Of a stretch of 64,000 bases of DNA, positions 23,701 to 37,200 are shown piece by piece. The stretch's first letter is position 1. Every line of letters begins with the position of its first letter. Source of the stretch: Sminthopsis crassicaudata (taxonomy: Eukaryota). The notes beneath the pieces were generated by a model. It did no database searches and was not told where the DNA came from. It was given only the letters and a program-made list of their open reading frames with translations. The DNA lies in the NCBI RefSeq assembly GCF_048593235.1, contig NC_133618.1:48952478-49016477 (forward strand), written 5' to 3'. The position numbers and the translations under genes are program-made.

Positions 23701-23978
23701 AAGACTGTAGAAAAATATCAGACATAGAAAAAACCAGATTAAAATTAATACACTCCATTGCTTAATTCTGTTTAAGCAGCTCTGAAACAGGTGATTAAAA
23801 GAGATGTCTCTGTTCTTGCCTCTTTCCAAGGCCCAATCATAGAAGGACATTGTGTTATTAAAGGTACGTTGTGGTGAAGGGTTGGGGGGACTCACAAGAG
23901 CAAATGGGCAGCTTCAAACTCTGATGAAGAGGGCCCCGGTCATTTTGGCTTTAGGTGGAGGCCAGGCCTTGGGTCTGT

Positions 23979-24096
23979 CTAAGCAGGGTAAAACTGCTTG
24001 AGTAGATCTTTTTTGTTGATTTTCCCCATCTGGTTCCGTGGGATTTCCTCGACTAACATAATTTCAGAAGGGATGGTGTAGGCCGCCATGTATTCT
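23979..24096 (-). CDS. ACSF3: ACSF3 last coding exon with stop codon
   Basis: TTTTTGTCTTTTCCAG acceptor. 118 nt translating (R)EYMAAYTIPSEIMLVEEIPRNQMGKINKKDLLKQFYPA*, including the PRNQMGK catalytic-lysine motif. It is not in the ORF track and was found by reading the minus strand. Confidence 0.97.
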
Positions 24097-24289
24097 CTGG
24101 AAAAGACAAAAATATTTGCATCTTTAGAGGGACCAGTTATTTCCAAGAGGCTAGAAACTAAGTACTTTCTGGTTATGGATTTGGAGGAGATAGGAATGGA
24201 AAAAGGAAAGAATATGAATGTGGTGGATTAGCAGCCTTGGATTGGGTGGATGTCCTTATGCAGACAACACAAGACGGGTTTTTATGACT

Positions 24290-25420
24290 GTTTGCTTATT
24301 ATAACCAATAAGTATTTATTAAGCACTTACTGTGCTAAGCTCTGTTAATATAAAGAAAAAAAAAAAAAAAAAAACCCAGTCCCTGCTTTCAAGGAGCTCA
24401 CACTCTAATGGAAAGACAATATGCAAACCATTATGTATAATGATGGATGGTCCTTCTCAGGATCATCATTCATGTTCTGCTGCTCCCTAACTGTGAATGT
24501 CTCCCAAGCCTGTCCTGGGCCTTTTTTTTCAGGGATTTTATCATCTCTATGCAGATCACGACTAGCTCTAAATGTTCAGCCTGTGGGTCTCTTTGGAGTT
24601 CCAGTCTCAACATCACTGAATATCTATTAAACCATTCAAACTGGATATGCTGTCACTATCTCCAATTCATTGTCTGCCAAGTCAAACTCATAATCTTCCC
24701 CCTCGAGCTCCCTCCTCTTTTGAACTTCTTAATCCTACTGAGGACACCTTCATCTGTCTATAGTCACCCAGGTTGTAATCCCAAAGTCACTCCTGATTCT
24801 TCACTCTTCATTATACCAGTAACACTCATTTCCAAAAAGTCTCACAGATTCTATTTCTACACTACCTCTTGTATTCATCCCCTTCTTTCCCATCATGCAA
24901 TCAGCTCTCACCCGGATGACTACAACAGCCTCCTAATGGAGCCTCCTCCTTCAAGCTGTTGCCTTTCTATTCTATCCTCCATGGAGCTGCCTAATTGGTA
25001 CTCATAAAGCGCAGCAGAACTGACCTTGTCATTCTCCTACTCACCGAGGGTTTCTTATTATCTCTAGAACCGAATATCAACTCTTGCTCCTCTCTCTAGT
25101 GCTCAAAGCCCTTTCCCAATCTGGATTCAGTCTGCTTTTCTGGACAAATTATTTCCCATCATGCACTTTGTGTTCTGGTTAAATTGTTCTACTTCCTGTT
25201 CTCCAGACAATATCCCATGCCTTGGAATGGGCTATTTCCCAAACCTGGAAGGCACTTCTTCCTCACCTTTGCCCTTCGGGATGCCTGGCTTGCTTTAGGG
25301 CTCAGCTAAAGCACTACCTCCTACATTAAATGAGGTCTATTCCCATCGCCTTAGTTACCGTTGTTTGCCCTAGATCCCCAAATTCTTTTACATCTATTTT
25401 GCATTTATCTCCTCCCCCGT
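24290..25420. mobile_element. L2 fragments (3' end on minus at 24290-24440, body on plus at 24620-25420)
   Basis: AAGTATTTATTAAGCACTTAC...CCCTGCTTTCAAGGAGCTCACA, then AAACTCATAATCTTCCC...CTTCCTCACCTTTGCC typical of L2. Confidence 0.7.
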
Positions 25421-26309
25421 GCATGCTTTGATTTTTCATAGTAGAGTGTAGTTTGCCCAAAGTCACAAAGCCAGTGAGAGCAGGCTGATCCCTGATTCAA
25501 TAGTTCATATTCTGTAAACTTTGGCACGGAATCAGGCAATCCACATATGAAATGCAAAGTCCTCAGCAATGTGATATCACAAAATAGAAATATATGTTTG
25601 CATTGGTTCCCATGCTTTGCCATAATAATCTTGTCCTTTCCATCAAAAAAGAATCGAACCTTACCTGGGCTGGGCCAATGTGTATTTTGACAGAACTTAT
25701 CCACCTTCACCACTATGAAAAGCACACTTGTTCAATATGTTGTCTTGAAATGGGTGATGAATCCAGATTTCACCAACAAATATTCAATGAACAGCTACTA
25801 TATACAGGCGTATAGCCCCTGGGAGTTGAGTTTTAATCAGAGACAACAAGTGACGCAAATACTCAAGGACATTTTGGAAGCATTTTGAAGTCACTTGAGA
25901 GTAACTTTCCTAAGAACTGTCCAGGGTCAAATCTGAGTGTTCTGGCCATCTGAACAGGCAGAGTCCTAAAAGCTCCTACTGCCCCCCTCCTGGGGGTATG
26001 AGCAAATCTGCTTAGAGAGCACCTGTTGAATATCCAATTCTTTGGGGTTCCTGAGAGTTATGTAGTCTGTATTTGAGGCAAATTTATTCCAATGACATAG
26101 AGGCAAGCAAAGGGGAAGGGGACCCCTCCTCTCTTGATTTCTCTCTCTGTCTCTGCTGCCCCCACGTCCCCTCCCTCTCCTCTCACTAATGATTATACTT
26201 CACTTACTGTGAACTGATGACACACCATTTTGAGCTGATTTTCCAGTAATGGTGATAGATTTGATTGTTTCACTTCTGGCCAATGGCCCACATTTTACAG
26301 AATCAGACT

Positions 26310-26680
26310 CAACCCTAGAAGGGCACTTAGAGGTCACCTAATCCAATCTCCCATCCAGTACCGCATCCTTTCTACAGCATGTCTGACAGATGGTCACCTG
26401 ACCTCAGTTTGAACACTTCTAGGAAGGAGGAATTTAATTAACTCAAATGGCAGTCCATCATTCCACCGATGGACTCAGAGAGTCGTGGAGCCGTAAGCAG
26501 CCCGAGAGCTCATCCGGCACAACACCTTCACCTTAAAGTTTGTTTTTCCTTTTGCTTATCGATAGCTGCCTTTTTGTTTGGTTCCACCCATTGGCCTTGA
26601 GTTCTGTCTCTTCCATCTGAGGGCCAATCCTTCAGAAGTTTCAATACAGTCATCATGCTTTTCCTCTGAAACTTGGGGAA
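26310..26680 (-). mobile_element. CR1/L3 3' fragment
   Basis: TAGAAGGGCACTTAGAGGTCACCTAATCCAATC...CAGATGGTCACCTGACCTCAG...AATCCTTCAGAAGTTTCAATACAGTCATCATG. A similar fragment lies at about 27920-28260. Confidence 0.65.
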
Positions 26681-29600
26681 TCATGGGAAGGATGTAAAAA
26701 GAGCCAAACTGCTTTCTCTCTATGGGCATCCAACCCTGGCTTTATGAGGACGTGCTCTAAATCAGAGAGCTCAATAGCCACGAGGCCTCCATAAGCCACT
26801 CATCCATCTACCGTATGCTAATGCATTTTGGTAAACAAGGACCAGCCGGATTTATGTGACCATGGTCGCCTTATCCCAAGGGGTTCGGGGACAGGTAAAA
26901 GAAGCGAAATGACCTTTCTCGATCGTGTGTCCGATATGAACTGTTACTCCGCATGGGCAAGTGGCCATTTGCAAGGCTATGTTAAAATCCGCGCGGCTCG
27001 GCCCAAGCTCCGGGAGGTTGCAGGGGATTAACTCTTTGGTATTTCCAGTTGTGTCATGTTGCATAGCCAGCAATTGGATGTGGCTGAGAAATCCCCAATC
27101 GCGGCCTTAACAGATGGTGCTGTTTATGAATAAACATGAGCCTAATAGCCTTATAGGTCTGTGTACATCTGCCCACAACCAGCAAGCATCAGCGGACACG
27201 ACGGAGTACATTGGTGATATGCCTTAATGGCGCCATTATCACGCAATAACATGGTGCTGTTAATGCATCCTGCTGCAAGCTGACAGGGTTACAGCTATGG
27301 CTTCCTGCAGCAACAATGGCTTACCCATCAGCACCAGGGGATCTTGGGATGGAAGCTGCAATTTATGGCCCCTCTACTCTGTGCTGACTTGTGATTGGAT
27401 GCAGCTGTGCAGCCCCGATTGTGGGTGACACTGTTCCTGGAAACCCCTTGGGTGGGCAACCTTACATGGATAGGTAACATCTGTGTGCCACTGGCAGCTG
27501 CTGGTGGGATCAAGACTATTTCTGGACTTCCTTCCTGCCACAGGCATGGGAATGGACCTGTGAGGACGTGATTTTGTGTGTGTGTTCACATGTGTGCAAA
27601 ATAAACCTACATACCTGGTTGCTGTAAAAATGCTGGCCAATGTAGCCAGTGTCGATCTTTAAAGTGGCTAGGAGAAAGCTGGGAGTTTTTTGTTTAAAAG
27701 ATGGGCTTAAACATTTATGGGGAGATCTTCCTGTGAAGTTCTACTTTTTATACAGAAAATTTCTCATGTGGATTTTTATTACCATGGCCAGCAGAATGTC
27801 ATGATGAGAGGGTTTCTACGCTCAACTCAATTTTCACATATAATTCCCCACATTTGGCTTTTTGGTAGTTTGCCCTCCCTTCCTACTTCGAGTGTTTAAC
27901 GAATGAGAAGAGAATCACAGAAATAGAGTTGGAAGGAGTCTTAGAGGTCATTAAGTCCAGCCATCCCTTCTAAACTATTTACAATAAATGATCACCCAGC
28001 CTCCACTAAACACTTAAGACCAGAAATTCCATTTTGGGGTATCTGTAATTATCCATATATTTTCCTCATATTTAGCCAAAATCTGATGCCCTATAACTTC
28101 GACCCATTAGGTCTAGCTCTGTTTTCTGGGAACAAAAAAAAAAATTAAGATCAATCAGTCTTTATATACATTTGAAGAAGCACTTATGTCTCTCCCCAAT
28201 TCTTTACTTCCAAGTCTTCTCCAGAACAAACATTTCAGGTACTTCAATCTACTGTTGTTGGTAAGGTAAGGTAAGGGGCGTAAACACACCCAGAGCCAGG
28301 AATACAATTCTTCCTCACCCCTGCCTCATACAATCCCTCTCTTCCTTCCTTCAAGGTGTAGCTCTAGCACTACCTTCTGTAGGAACTGTTTCCTGATTCC
28401 TCCTAACTACTAGAGCCCTTCCCTCCCAATTACCTTGTATTTAATTTTTTGTATGTATTCTGATTATAAATTGGGACATTATTGTCCCAGCTCCTCGTGA
28501 GCAGGGCTTATTTCATTCATTCTACTTGTATCCCCAGCACCTAGGAGAGAACCTGTCAGATAGGAGGTGCTATCCATTGAATGACTGAATACATTCGAGA
28601 TGGTCAGTATGGTCCCAAATGTACAAAAAGAAGACATTTAGTCCTGGCTAGTCTGGACTGAATGTCAAGTCTTGTGAAGAGGAACCTGGGGCTGTAAAAG
28701 AACCAAAGGCATGAACATGTTCTGGGGAGGTTTCACACCTATATGGTTTGGGAAAGGGATACTGGCAGTGACTGTCTCTGTGTGTGTGTGTGCAACAAAG
28801 GGAGTGAGGAAGATGTTTTCCTATTGTGAAGGATGAGTTAAGGTTCATTTCAAGCCACCCCACAAAACATTCTCCCCTTTTAAAAAGTGTCTTTTGACCA
28901 ATTTCCCAGGACTGTCTTCTGGGATCTGCAATAACCTCAAATTTCCTCAATCTCTACAAGAGACACTTCTCTTGGGTTTTGAAATTGGAGGACAGAGTGG
29001 AGCCCACTTTGTATAGTAGAGGACAAAGGCAGACGTCCACCTGAGAATTCTACTGGTTCCCAAAGTCGCCTGCCTCAAACAAATGTCCTAATGCCAGGTG
29101 TTCTCAGCTGTGACCTCCCCTGCCCCATCCAGTGACACTTGACACATGTGGTCCACTCCCAATCCCTCCTAACCAATGACCATATTCTGGTTCCCTCTGG
29201 AATTCAAAGGAATCAATAACACAAGGCCACGGCACTCAGGCATAGTTACAGCAAACCCCATTAGAATGAACAGGCAATTAAAAATGTATTACTAGCAAAT
29301 AAATAATTTGCCACATTCAGTTCCTTTTGTTTTCTGATTAATGGCTGAAAATATCTGTGCCACATTCTAGCAAGCATAATGATATAGAACATTTCACTGA
29401 AGCATCATTACGATTCCTGTATTTCTTTCCCATTGTCTCATGACTCAAAAATTCTCCTACCAACTGCTGAGGTTTCGCTCTTAGACCCAACTGGACCAGC
29501 ATCTTCCCTCCCCCCACACTGTGTTGACAGTCCACTTATTGTCCTATATCTGCTTAATAAGCACTCATTGTTCACATGTCAGGCTACCCACTGTAATGAC

Positions 29601-30270
29601 TGCCCCGTACCCCTCTCCTTCAGTATGGAAAACCATGCTATGAACATCAAAGGGGCTTAACGGTTCTACCTGATTTGAATCAGCGAGTGACACAATCATT
29701 CTCCATATCTCATACACTTCTTAACTAGACAGATTTCTGAGAGTGTCACCTACAATAACACGAATCAATGTTTTATTGTTGTCGTTCAGTCACATCTGAC
29801 TCTTCGTGACCCCATTTGGGGCATTCTTGACAAAGTGGTTCTGCCATTTCCTTTGCCAGAATCAATATCTAGCTGTCCACAAACCCCGATCCCGAGTAAA
29901 TCCAAATATCCTTATCAGGGGATATAGACTAGGAGCCCATGGGATTTCACAGCAGGTAGCTGTAGGACCTGAGGAGAGGCTTCCACGGTATAGCATTTGA
30001 CTGGGTAGAAAAATAAGAAATTGAATCTGAATTGTGCACTTTGGGTCCAGCCGGATGAGTATAATTCGGAATAATGGGGAAGTTTACCTAGGTAGATGAT
30101 TTACAAAGGAAGATGAATAGCTAGAGTCAAATGAGAGAACACACAGGGTTAGAGAATGATCAATTTAAGAGTTGCAGGTCATACAACTCCCCCTTTTTGA
30201 GAAGCAAAGGCACTAGAGTTAGAGTCACTTAGCTGTTCTAGGTCTTAGCTTTCTCACTTAAAAAACTGAG

Positions 30271-30434
30271 NNNNNNNNNNNNNNNNNNNNNNNNNNNNNN
30301 NNNNNNNNNNNNNNNNNNNNNNNNNNNNNNNNNNNNNNNNNNNNNNNNNNNNNNNNNNNNNNNNNNNNNNNNNNNNNNNNNNNNNNNNNNNNNNNNNNNN
30401 NNNNNNNNNNNNNNNNNNNNNNNNNNNNNNNNNN
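30271..30434. other. Assembly gap
   Basis: Run of N. Confidence 1.
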
Positions 30435-31399
30435 TAGATTCTAACTGAGTCACTGCTGAAGTTCCTTCCTGACGACCAGGATCTTACAATGCTGATAAGG
30501 ACTCCATGTTTTACTGAACATAATATGGAGTCTGTACATCTAATTAGCCCAGTCTCACTGGTTAGGGAAGATAACTGGACTGGTCAGAATGGGAAAGGAT
30601 GAGGCGGAGAATAATTTAGAGATAGAAGCTAGATCCAAGAAGATGGATGAGCTCCCAGAAGGAGCAAATATAAAGAGAGGTACTTAGACAAGTCAGGGCA
30701 GAAATTTTCCATCTTGGCCAAAAGTCAGTGGGGAAAAGGGAATCATCTTAATGGACGTGAGAGGCAGAAGTAGATCAGGATATCTGGAAAATGAGAGAAG
30801 CAGAGAGCATAGAGCATATCTATGGCAAACTATGGATATTGGTGATCACAATGGAGTCAGGTAAAGTTGGGAGCTAGAGAGTTTTCTAGTAGGGGAGGAA
30901 CAACTGCAATAGGGGAAATTCAAGAATAAGAGCCTTGAGTTAGCATAATTCAGAATCAGAAGAGGAAGTTGAGGTGAGAAGCAAAATGAGAAATGTGCAT
31001 AAGAAAATTCAAGAAGGAAAATCTTCTTGGAAAGCTTCACAACCAATATTTATTCAATGCGGCGTTGGCTGGGTTCCACTTACTGTAATTCCAGCACAGC
31101 ACAATACGTGTGCTAATGTTTGTATCATTTTTAAAGAAAACTATCACTCGTCAGGCTATTAGAGAAATTATTAAAATGAATAAGGAACCTCATGATGATA
31201 CTGAAGACGTTGGCTTAAATATTATTAATGCTCAGAAATCCTTGAAGAAGCAGATCAGTCACTTCATTGAAAAGTGGTAGTTTCTCTGGTTTTACATACA
31301 AAGTGGCCTCTGAATATGGATTCCTGATAAATTATAGACTATCTCCTGGGATCCTTTTAAAGCAAGTCCTTTTTCAATAGTTGTTCTCATGACTAGGCT

Positions 31400-32260
31400 T
31401 TGGAACAGTGGAAGGAACACTGGAATGAGAGGGAGAGGACCCCTGAGGATGGTCTTTCCACAACCACTTACTAGTTGTGTTACATTGGGTAAATTCTGTA
31501 GCCTTTCTCAGTCTCAATTTCCTCATCTGTAAAATGGACTGGAGGGGCAGCTAATTGGTGTGGGGTAGCAGCACCAGCCCTGAAGTCAGGAGGACCTGAG
31601 TTCAAATCTGGCCTCAGACATTTAACACTTTCTAGCTGTGTGATCCTGGCAAATCACTTAACCCCAATTGTCCCAGCAAAAAAAAAAAAAAAAAAATGGA
31701 CTGGAGAAGGAAATGACAAATCACTTTAGCATCTTTGCTAAGGAAACCCCCAAAAGGGAGATGATAATCACTGAATCGAGAAGCCAGGTGGCGCGGTGGG
31801 TAGAGTATCTAGGTCTACCCACTAGGTCTAGGATCTAGTGTTCAAATCTGGCCCAACATTTCTTAGGTGTGTGACCCAGAATAAGTCACTTATCCCTATT
31901 TGATTCAGTTTCCTCCCCTGTCAAATGAGCTGGAGAAGGAAATGGCAAACCACTTCAATATCTTTGACAAGAAAGCCCCAAATGAGTTCACAATGAGTTG
32001 GACTTGATTGAACAACAACAATGAAACCTCTGAGGGAGGGAGGTGGCCTGGTGGATAGAGTGTTGAGCTTGGAGTCAGTAAAACTTTGGTTAAAATTTGG
32101 CCTTAGATGTTTACTAGCTGTTGGACAAATCACTTAATGTTTGCCTTAATCCAATGGAGAAGGAAAAGCAAACCATCCCACTACCTTTGCCCAGAAAACC
32201 CTCTGGAAAGTTTGATTTATGGGGTCAGGAAGAGTTGGACATTCTTGAACAACAATTGAT
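31400..32260 (+). mobile_element. Three head-to-tail Mar/MIR-type CORE-SINEs
   Basis: Three successive core plus GGAGAAGGAAATG(A/G)CAAA or GGAGAAGGAAAAGCAAA tail units, all on the plus strand. Confidence 0.8.
31545..31692 (+). mobile_element. WSINE1-type SINE nested in the first CORE-SINE
   Basis: Head GGGCAGCTAATTGGTG, long A tail, TSD AAAATGGACTGGAG at 31531-31544 and 31693-31706. Confidence 0.9.
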
Positions 32261-33169
32261 AGTCTTAGAGTTACAGAATTTCAGAATTAGAAGGGAGCTC
32301 AGAGGCCGTGTGGTTCAATCAATATCTGAAAAATGATCCTCTCTACAATCAACAAGATTATGCTAGGCATTGGGGATACGAAGAAAGGCAAAAAAATAAA
32401 CTACAACAGCAACCCAAAATATGGTCTCTCTTCTCAAGAAGCTGGCATTTTAATGGGGAAGCCCACAAATGGATATCTAGGTAAATATAAGCTACATAGT
32501 AAATGAAGGATCAACTCAGAAAGGATTGGGTAGACCAGAACTACTGATAAAACCTTCCCATTGAAGGTGAAGCTTGAGCTGAATCTTGGAAAACTAAGAG
32601 GTAGAAGAGAGGAGAGAGAGCATTCCCAGGTATGGATGATAGGGCTTGTGCAAAGTCATCTAGTGTTTTAGTTATCCCTCCCAGCTTCAGGTCACCTGCC
32701 GTTTTGCTGTCTATAGGACATTCTAACAGAGCTCTCTTTCCAAGTTGACACCAAAACACATATGATTACTTTTGTGTTTGATTTGAAGATACCAGGAGAT
32801 ACCCTGGACCCCCCAATCCCCTGAGACCTCAGACCTTTTGTCAGTCTTTGGTACCCAAGGATATTGTCTGAACCAGATGATTGGGAGTCATCAAGGTTTG
32901 CTAGGTGCTGTTATTATCTCCTAATTTATTTTGGATGTCAATCAACTCCCCATCAACCATTTTTGTTCTGTTCTTTCAAATCCAAAGATCATTTTCCTTG
33001 GCAGAGAAAATGAAATCAAAATGTCAAACAGTGGGGCAGGACATTAAACCTCTTTAGGTCTCAGTTTCTTCATAGGTTAAATGAAAATAGCATCTCTATT
33101 TCAAGGTTGTTGTGAGGATCAAATGAGATAGTGCATGTAAAGTGAATGGTAAACTTTAGAAACAGTATC

Positions 33170-33760
33170 TAGATGTTAGCTATCATTATTATTAACTATA
33201 AAAATCTTTAAAAATATAAACTGGAAAGTTTTGTGGCTCTGGAGACAAAGTCAATGCTGACAAATTATTACTGAATAGCTGTAGTGCACAAAATAATGGG
33301 ATATTTCTGTACCATAAAACATTACAAATGTAAAGAAGTCAGAGAATCATAGTGAGACTATTTATAAATTGATTCAAGATGAAGCAAGCAGAACCAGGAA
33401 AAAATATACATAAATGGCTGTAACTATGTCAACAGGAAGAACTAAAATAGGCATTCTGTATAATTATTTATATTGATCAAAGTTGGCCCTGAAGGAGAGC
33501 TCAGAAAATATACCTTCTTCCCTTTTTAACAGAGGTGGGAAATGAGGGGTGTAAAATATTGCATATGCTATGAGATACAGTCGATATGTTGAGCACATTT
33601 CCTGCACTGCTTTTTTTTTTTCCTCTTTTCTTTTTAACCCTTTATATCAAAAAAATTATATCAAGATTTGCTAGATGGGGAGTGAGGAGGGATATATTTG
33701 GAAATGAAGATTATCTAAAACCAAAAAATGTCACTGACTTTTTAAAAAACCTAAACTGGA
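33170..33760 (+). mobile_element. Old L1 3' fragment
   Basis: Degenerate CAAGATGAAGCAAGCAGAACCAGG and 3' UTR-like sequence. Confidence 0.55.
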
Positions 33761-33789
33761 TTGGAGTTTCAAGTACATCCACATTCATC

Positions 33790-34960
33790 TCTTGAGATCA
33801 CTATCCCTTTTCTACATTAGAACTTTTTTTGTGTCTTCAAATTTCATTTTTTAGCTCTTCTTCATTTCTCCTGAGATGACTTCATTATAGTTATACTTCA
33901 TGAACCCTTTAATATTGATTCTTCCTAAACTTTATTGTATATGCTAGACTATTCATACTTTTCAGAGAAGTCATTTCCTTCAATATTCCCATAATTTCTA
34001 CCCCAATTTATTATTTCCTTGTTAGCAAGAATCAGATCCAAATTAGAATTTTTCCTTTATTAGTTCCTTTTCCTTTTGAAGGATGAAATGATCATCTAGG
34101 AAAGTCAAGAAATTATTAGCTGCTCTGTTTTTGTCTGAGAGTTCCAGCAGAGTCTGGATAACACAAATCTCCTATCACTACTCTATGCTACTTTTCTGTC
34201 AGGATTGTGGTCTGTTTTTTTCAAACTCTTCATCATTTTCTCTTCTTCTCCAGATAGTACATAGGAGAAACTGAATACATTGGTTTTGTTCCTACCTTCA
34301 TTGATTTTCACATCCTCCATCTCTGGTACCTGAGTTTCCTTATGTGGTAAGTTTCCTTAACTTTTATTAATTAATATACTAGTACTCAATCTACTTTCCC
34401 ACTATCAGTTAATTTCATCTCTTGTTTCTTTTATCTTTCCAGAGCGACTAACCCACTATGTTTCATTGACAATTGAGATCAAAGTTGTTTCCTTAGGTTA
34501 GGCTTTTTAGTTCATCTTGTTTGTAATTCTGAGATCATGGATCTATCTTCCTTTCCTCCTTCACTTTTTTCTTCCCTTCTTCCTTCCTTCCTTTCTTTTT
34601 TCTTTCTTTCTTTTCTTTTTTTTTCTTTCTTCCTTCCTTCCTTTCTCTATTCTCTCTTTCTTCCTTCTTTCCCTTTGTTCTTTCTTTCTGTTCCTTTCCT
34701 TCCTTCCTTCCTTTCTGTTCCTTTTCTTCTATGTCTCAACTGACAGTCTTCCTTCATTACTACTTCCTGTGATATCTAGGATATAAATAGGCACTATTTC
34801 CATCTCAATTTAATATTGTTAGATTTGCTAAACTCCAGGCAAATCATTCTAATCAGGCTTTTTTAGGTAGGTTCCATTCCTGGTCAGAAGCCTGTCATTT
34901 CTACATTGTAAGCTACTATTCAAATTTAGTGGGAAAGAAATGTAAGGTAAAATACATCAA
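33790..34960 (-). mobile_element. Old CR1/L3 body fragment with TTCC/TTTC repeat (about 34545-34740)
   Basis: GACTAACCCACTATGTTTCATTGACAATTGAGATCAA and related L3-like segments. Confidence 0.5.
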
Positions 34961-35329
34961 TCAAAATCTTGGACTAGAAACTAAGAATTTGTATAGCTAC
35001 TAAGAATTGTATAGCTACCTTATAAATATCAAGTTTTCTTCTGAAAATCCTTGTATATAATATAGCCATTTATTTCTCAGTCACTGGTATTCTCTCTCAC
35101 ATCCTTTGAAAAGGATAACTGGGACAAAGAAGCGGTTTGATTAAGATATATTGCTCAATAAAGAACAAACTCAAGGTACTTTAGTATGTATCAGTATATA
35201 AAGGGCTGATGAAACATTAATTGGTATTGTTTTGTTGTATTTTTTTAAGGCTTTAAAACCATTCATACTCTTTTGCTGCTTAATTCAATTTAACTCAACA
35301 AACACTTATTAAAGTCTGTGGATGTAAAG

Positions 35330-35530
35330 CAGAGGTTTCAGACATGCAGCTTACAATATTCCTGACTATCCTTGAAACCAGATTAAAATTTAATTGGGGA
35401 ATATTTGACAAAGTAAATAAAAATGCATAATAATAGTAACATAACTAATATATAATGTTAACAAATAGTTTTCCAAGTTGATATGTGGCCTTCAGGGATG
35501 CTTATTTATGGTTTAATAGCTTCCATTTCT
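35330..35530. mobile_element. Non-autonomous hAT-like DNA transposon remnant
   Basis: CAGAGGTTTCAGACA terminus and AACCAGATTAAAATTTAATTGGGGAATATTT...ATATGTGGCC body recalled as a marsupial hAT MITE. Family name not certain. Confidence 0.5.
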
Positions 35531-35534
35531 TTTT

Positions 35535-36550
35535 TCTAAATAATAATTTTTTAGTTTTTCAAATACATGCAAAGATAATTTTTAACATTCACCTTTGCAA
35601 AACCGTGTGCTTCAAAGTTTTTTCTCTCCTCCTCCCCTAGACACCAAGCAAGCTATTGTAAGTTAAACATATGCAATTCTTCTAAACAGATTTTCATATT
35701 CATCATGCTGCACAAGAAAAATCAGATCAAAAGGGAAAAAAAAAACCCAGGAGAAAAAAAAGTAACCCCCCCCCCAAAAAAAGGTGAAAATGGTATGTTT
35801 TGAATCACATACAGTCCCCATTGTCCTCTCTCTGGATGTGGATGGCTCTCTCCATCACAAGTCTATTGGAATTGTCTTGGATCACCTCAATGTTGAAGAG
35901 CCAAGTCCATCACAGTTGATCGTCACATAATATTGTTGCTATGAACAACATTCTCTTGGTTCTATTCATTTCACTTAGCATCAGTTCATGTAAATCTTTT
36001 CAGACTTTTCTGAAATCAGCTTGCTCGTTAATTTTTAGAGGATAATAATATTCCATTATCTTCAAATACCATAACTTGCTCAGCCATTCTCTAATTGATG
36101 GGCATCTATTCAGTTTCCAGTTCTTTGCCACTACAAAAAGGGCTGCCACAGAAATTTTTCTCCCTTTTCCCATTTTTATGATCTCTTTAGGATACAGACT
36201 TAGTAAAGACACTGCTGGCAAAACATATGCACAGTTTAACAGCCCTCTGGGCATACATAGTTCCAAATATCTTTCCAGAACTGGATCAGTTCACAGTTTC
36301 ACCAACAATGTATCAGTGTCCCAGTTTTCCCATATTCTCTGTAATATTCATCATTATCTTTTCCTGTCATCTTAGTCATTCTGAGATCTGTGAAGTGGTA
36401 CCATAGAGCTGTCTTAATTTGTATTTCTGTAATCGATAGTGATCCAGAGCATTTTTTCATATGGCTAAAATGGCTTTAATTTCTTTATCTGACCACTTAT
36501 CAATAGGGAAATGCTTTGTACTCTTATAAATTTAATTCAATTCTGTATAT
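35535..36550 (-). mobile_element. L1 3' fragment
   Basis: ORF2 C-terminal remnant LSLYPKEIIKMGKG...ALFVVAKNWKLNRCPSIREWLSKLWY, plus 3' UTR. Confidence 0.9.
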
Positions 36551-37061
36551 ATATTAGAAATGAGGAGTAGCTCCCACTTCTAAAGAGTTTGACATCACTA
36601 TTGTAGAGCACATTACAAGGCAGTAAGATTTGGGTCCCCATGCTTATGAAGTTTATATTTCAGAAGAATATAGTCTAATAACTAACTTTTGTATTTTTCT
36701 AAAAGCTTTGCACATATTATTTCACTTGATAATCTTCTTCCATGGATACTGTATGCTAGGAATCAAGGAACAACAGATCTTGGAAGAACCAAAATTGCAG
36801 GTGACCCAGAGTACAATAGGGAGGTTTCTAGTGGATGTAAGCAAGCTAAAATATTGTCTTTAATAACTGGCTTTCTTTGGTGTGGAGATCTGGGGCAATG
36901 GATCAGTGTCCTCAAAGCATTGAGCAGAAAGTTTCAAGGGAACAGGATGGGGGGGTGGGAGGATGGAGAGTAGGGACTGTCTAATCCTAAATGACAGTCA
37001 ATACTGCAAAAGGAAAGTTTAGAGGAATTCTATTCTGTACTTAAAGAAGGAGAATATTTGC

Positions 37062-37200
37062 ATTAGTTTTGTTGGTACAAAGACTTTTTAACTTAATATA
37101 ACCAAAATTATCTACTATGCGTACAATAATAAGCTCCAGTTCTTCTTTGGCCACAAATTCCTTCCTTACCCACATATCTGAGAGGTAAAACTATCTTTAA
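37062..37200 (-). mobile_element. L1 ORF2 internal fragment (second copy at about 38525-38660)
   Basis: The second copy translates AKELEFIIEHKTANFDYIKLKSF, an L1 ORF2 post-RT segment. Confidence 0.8.

Noticed and set aside
31116-31280. 54-aa ORF MFVSFLKKTITRQAIREIIKMNKEPHDDTEDVGLNIINAQKSLKKQISHFIEKW that reads protein-like, with an acceptor-like TTTTTAAAG at 31136
   Set aside because: No family recognised and no partner exons; this length is expected by chance. A tBLASTn or PhyloCSF check would settle it.
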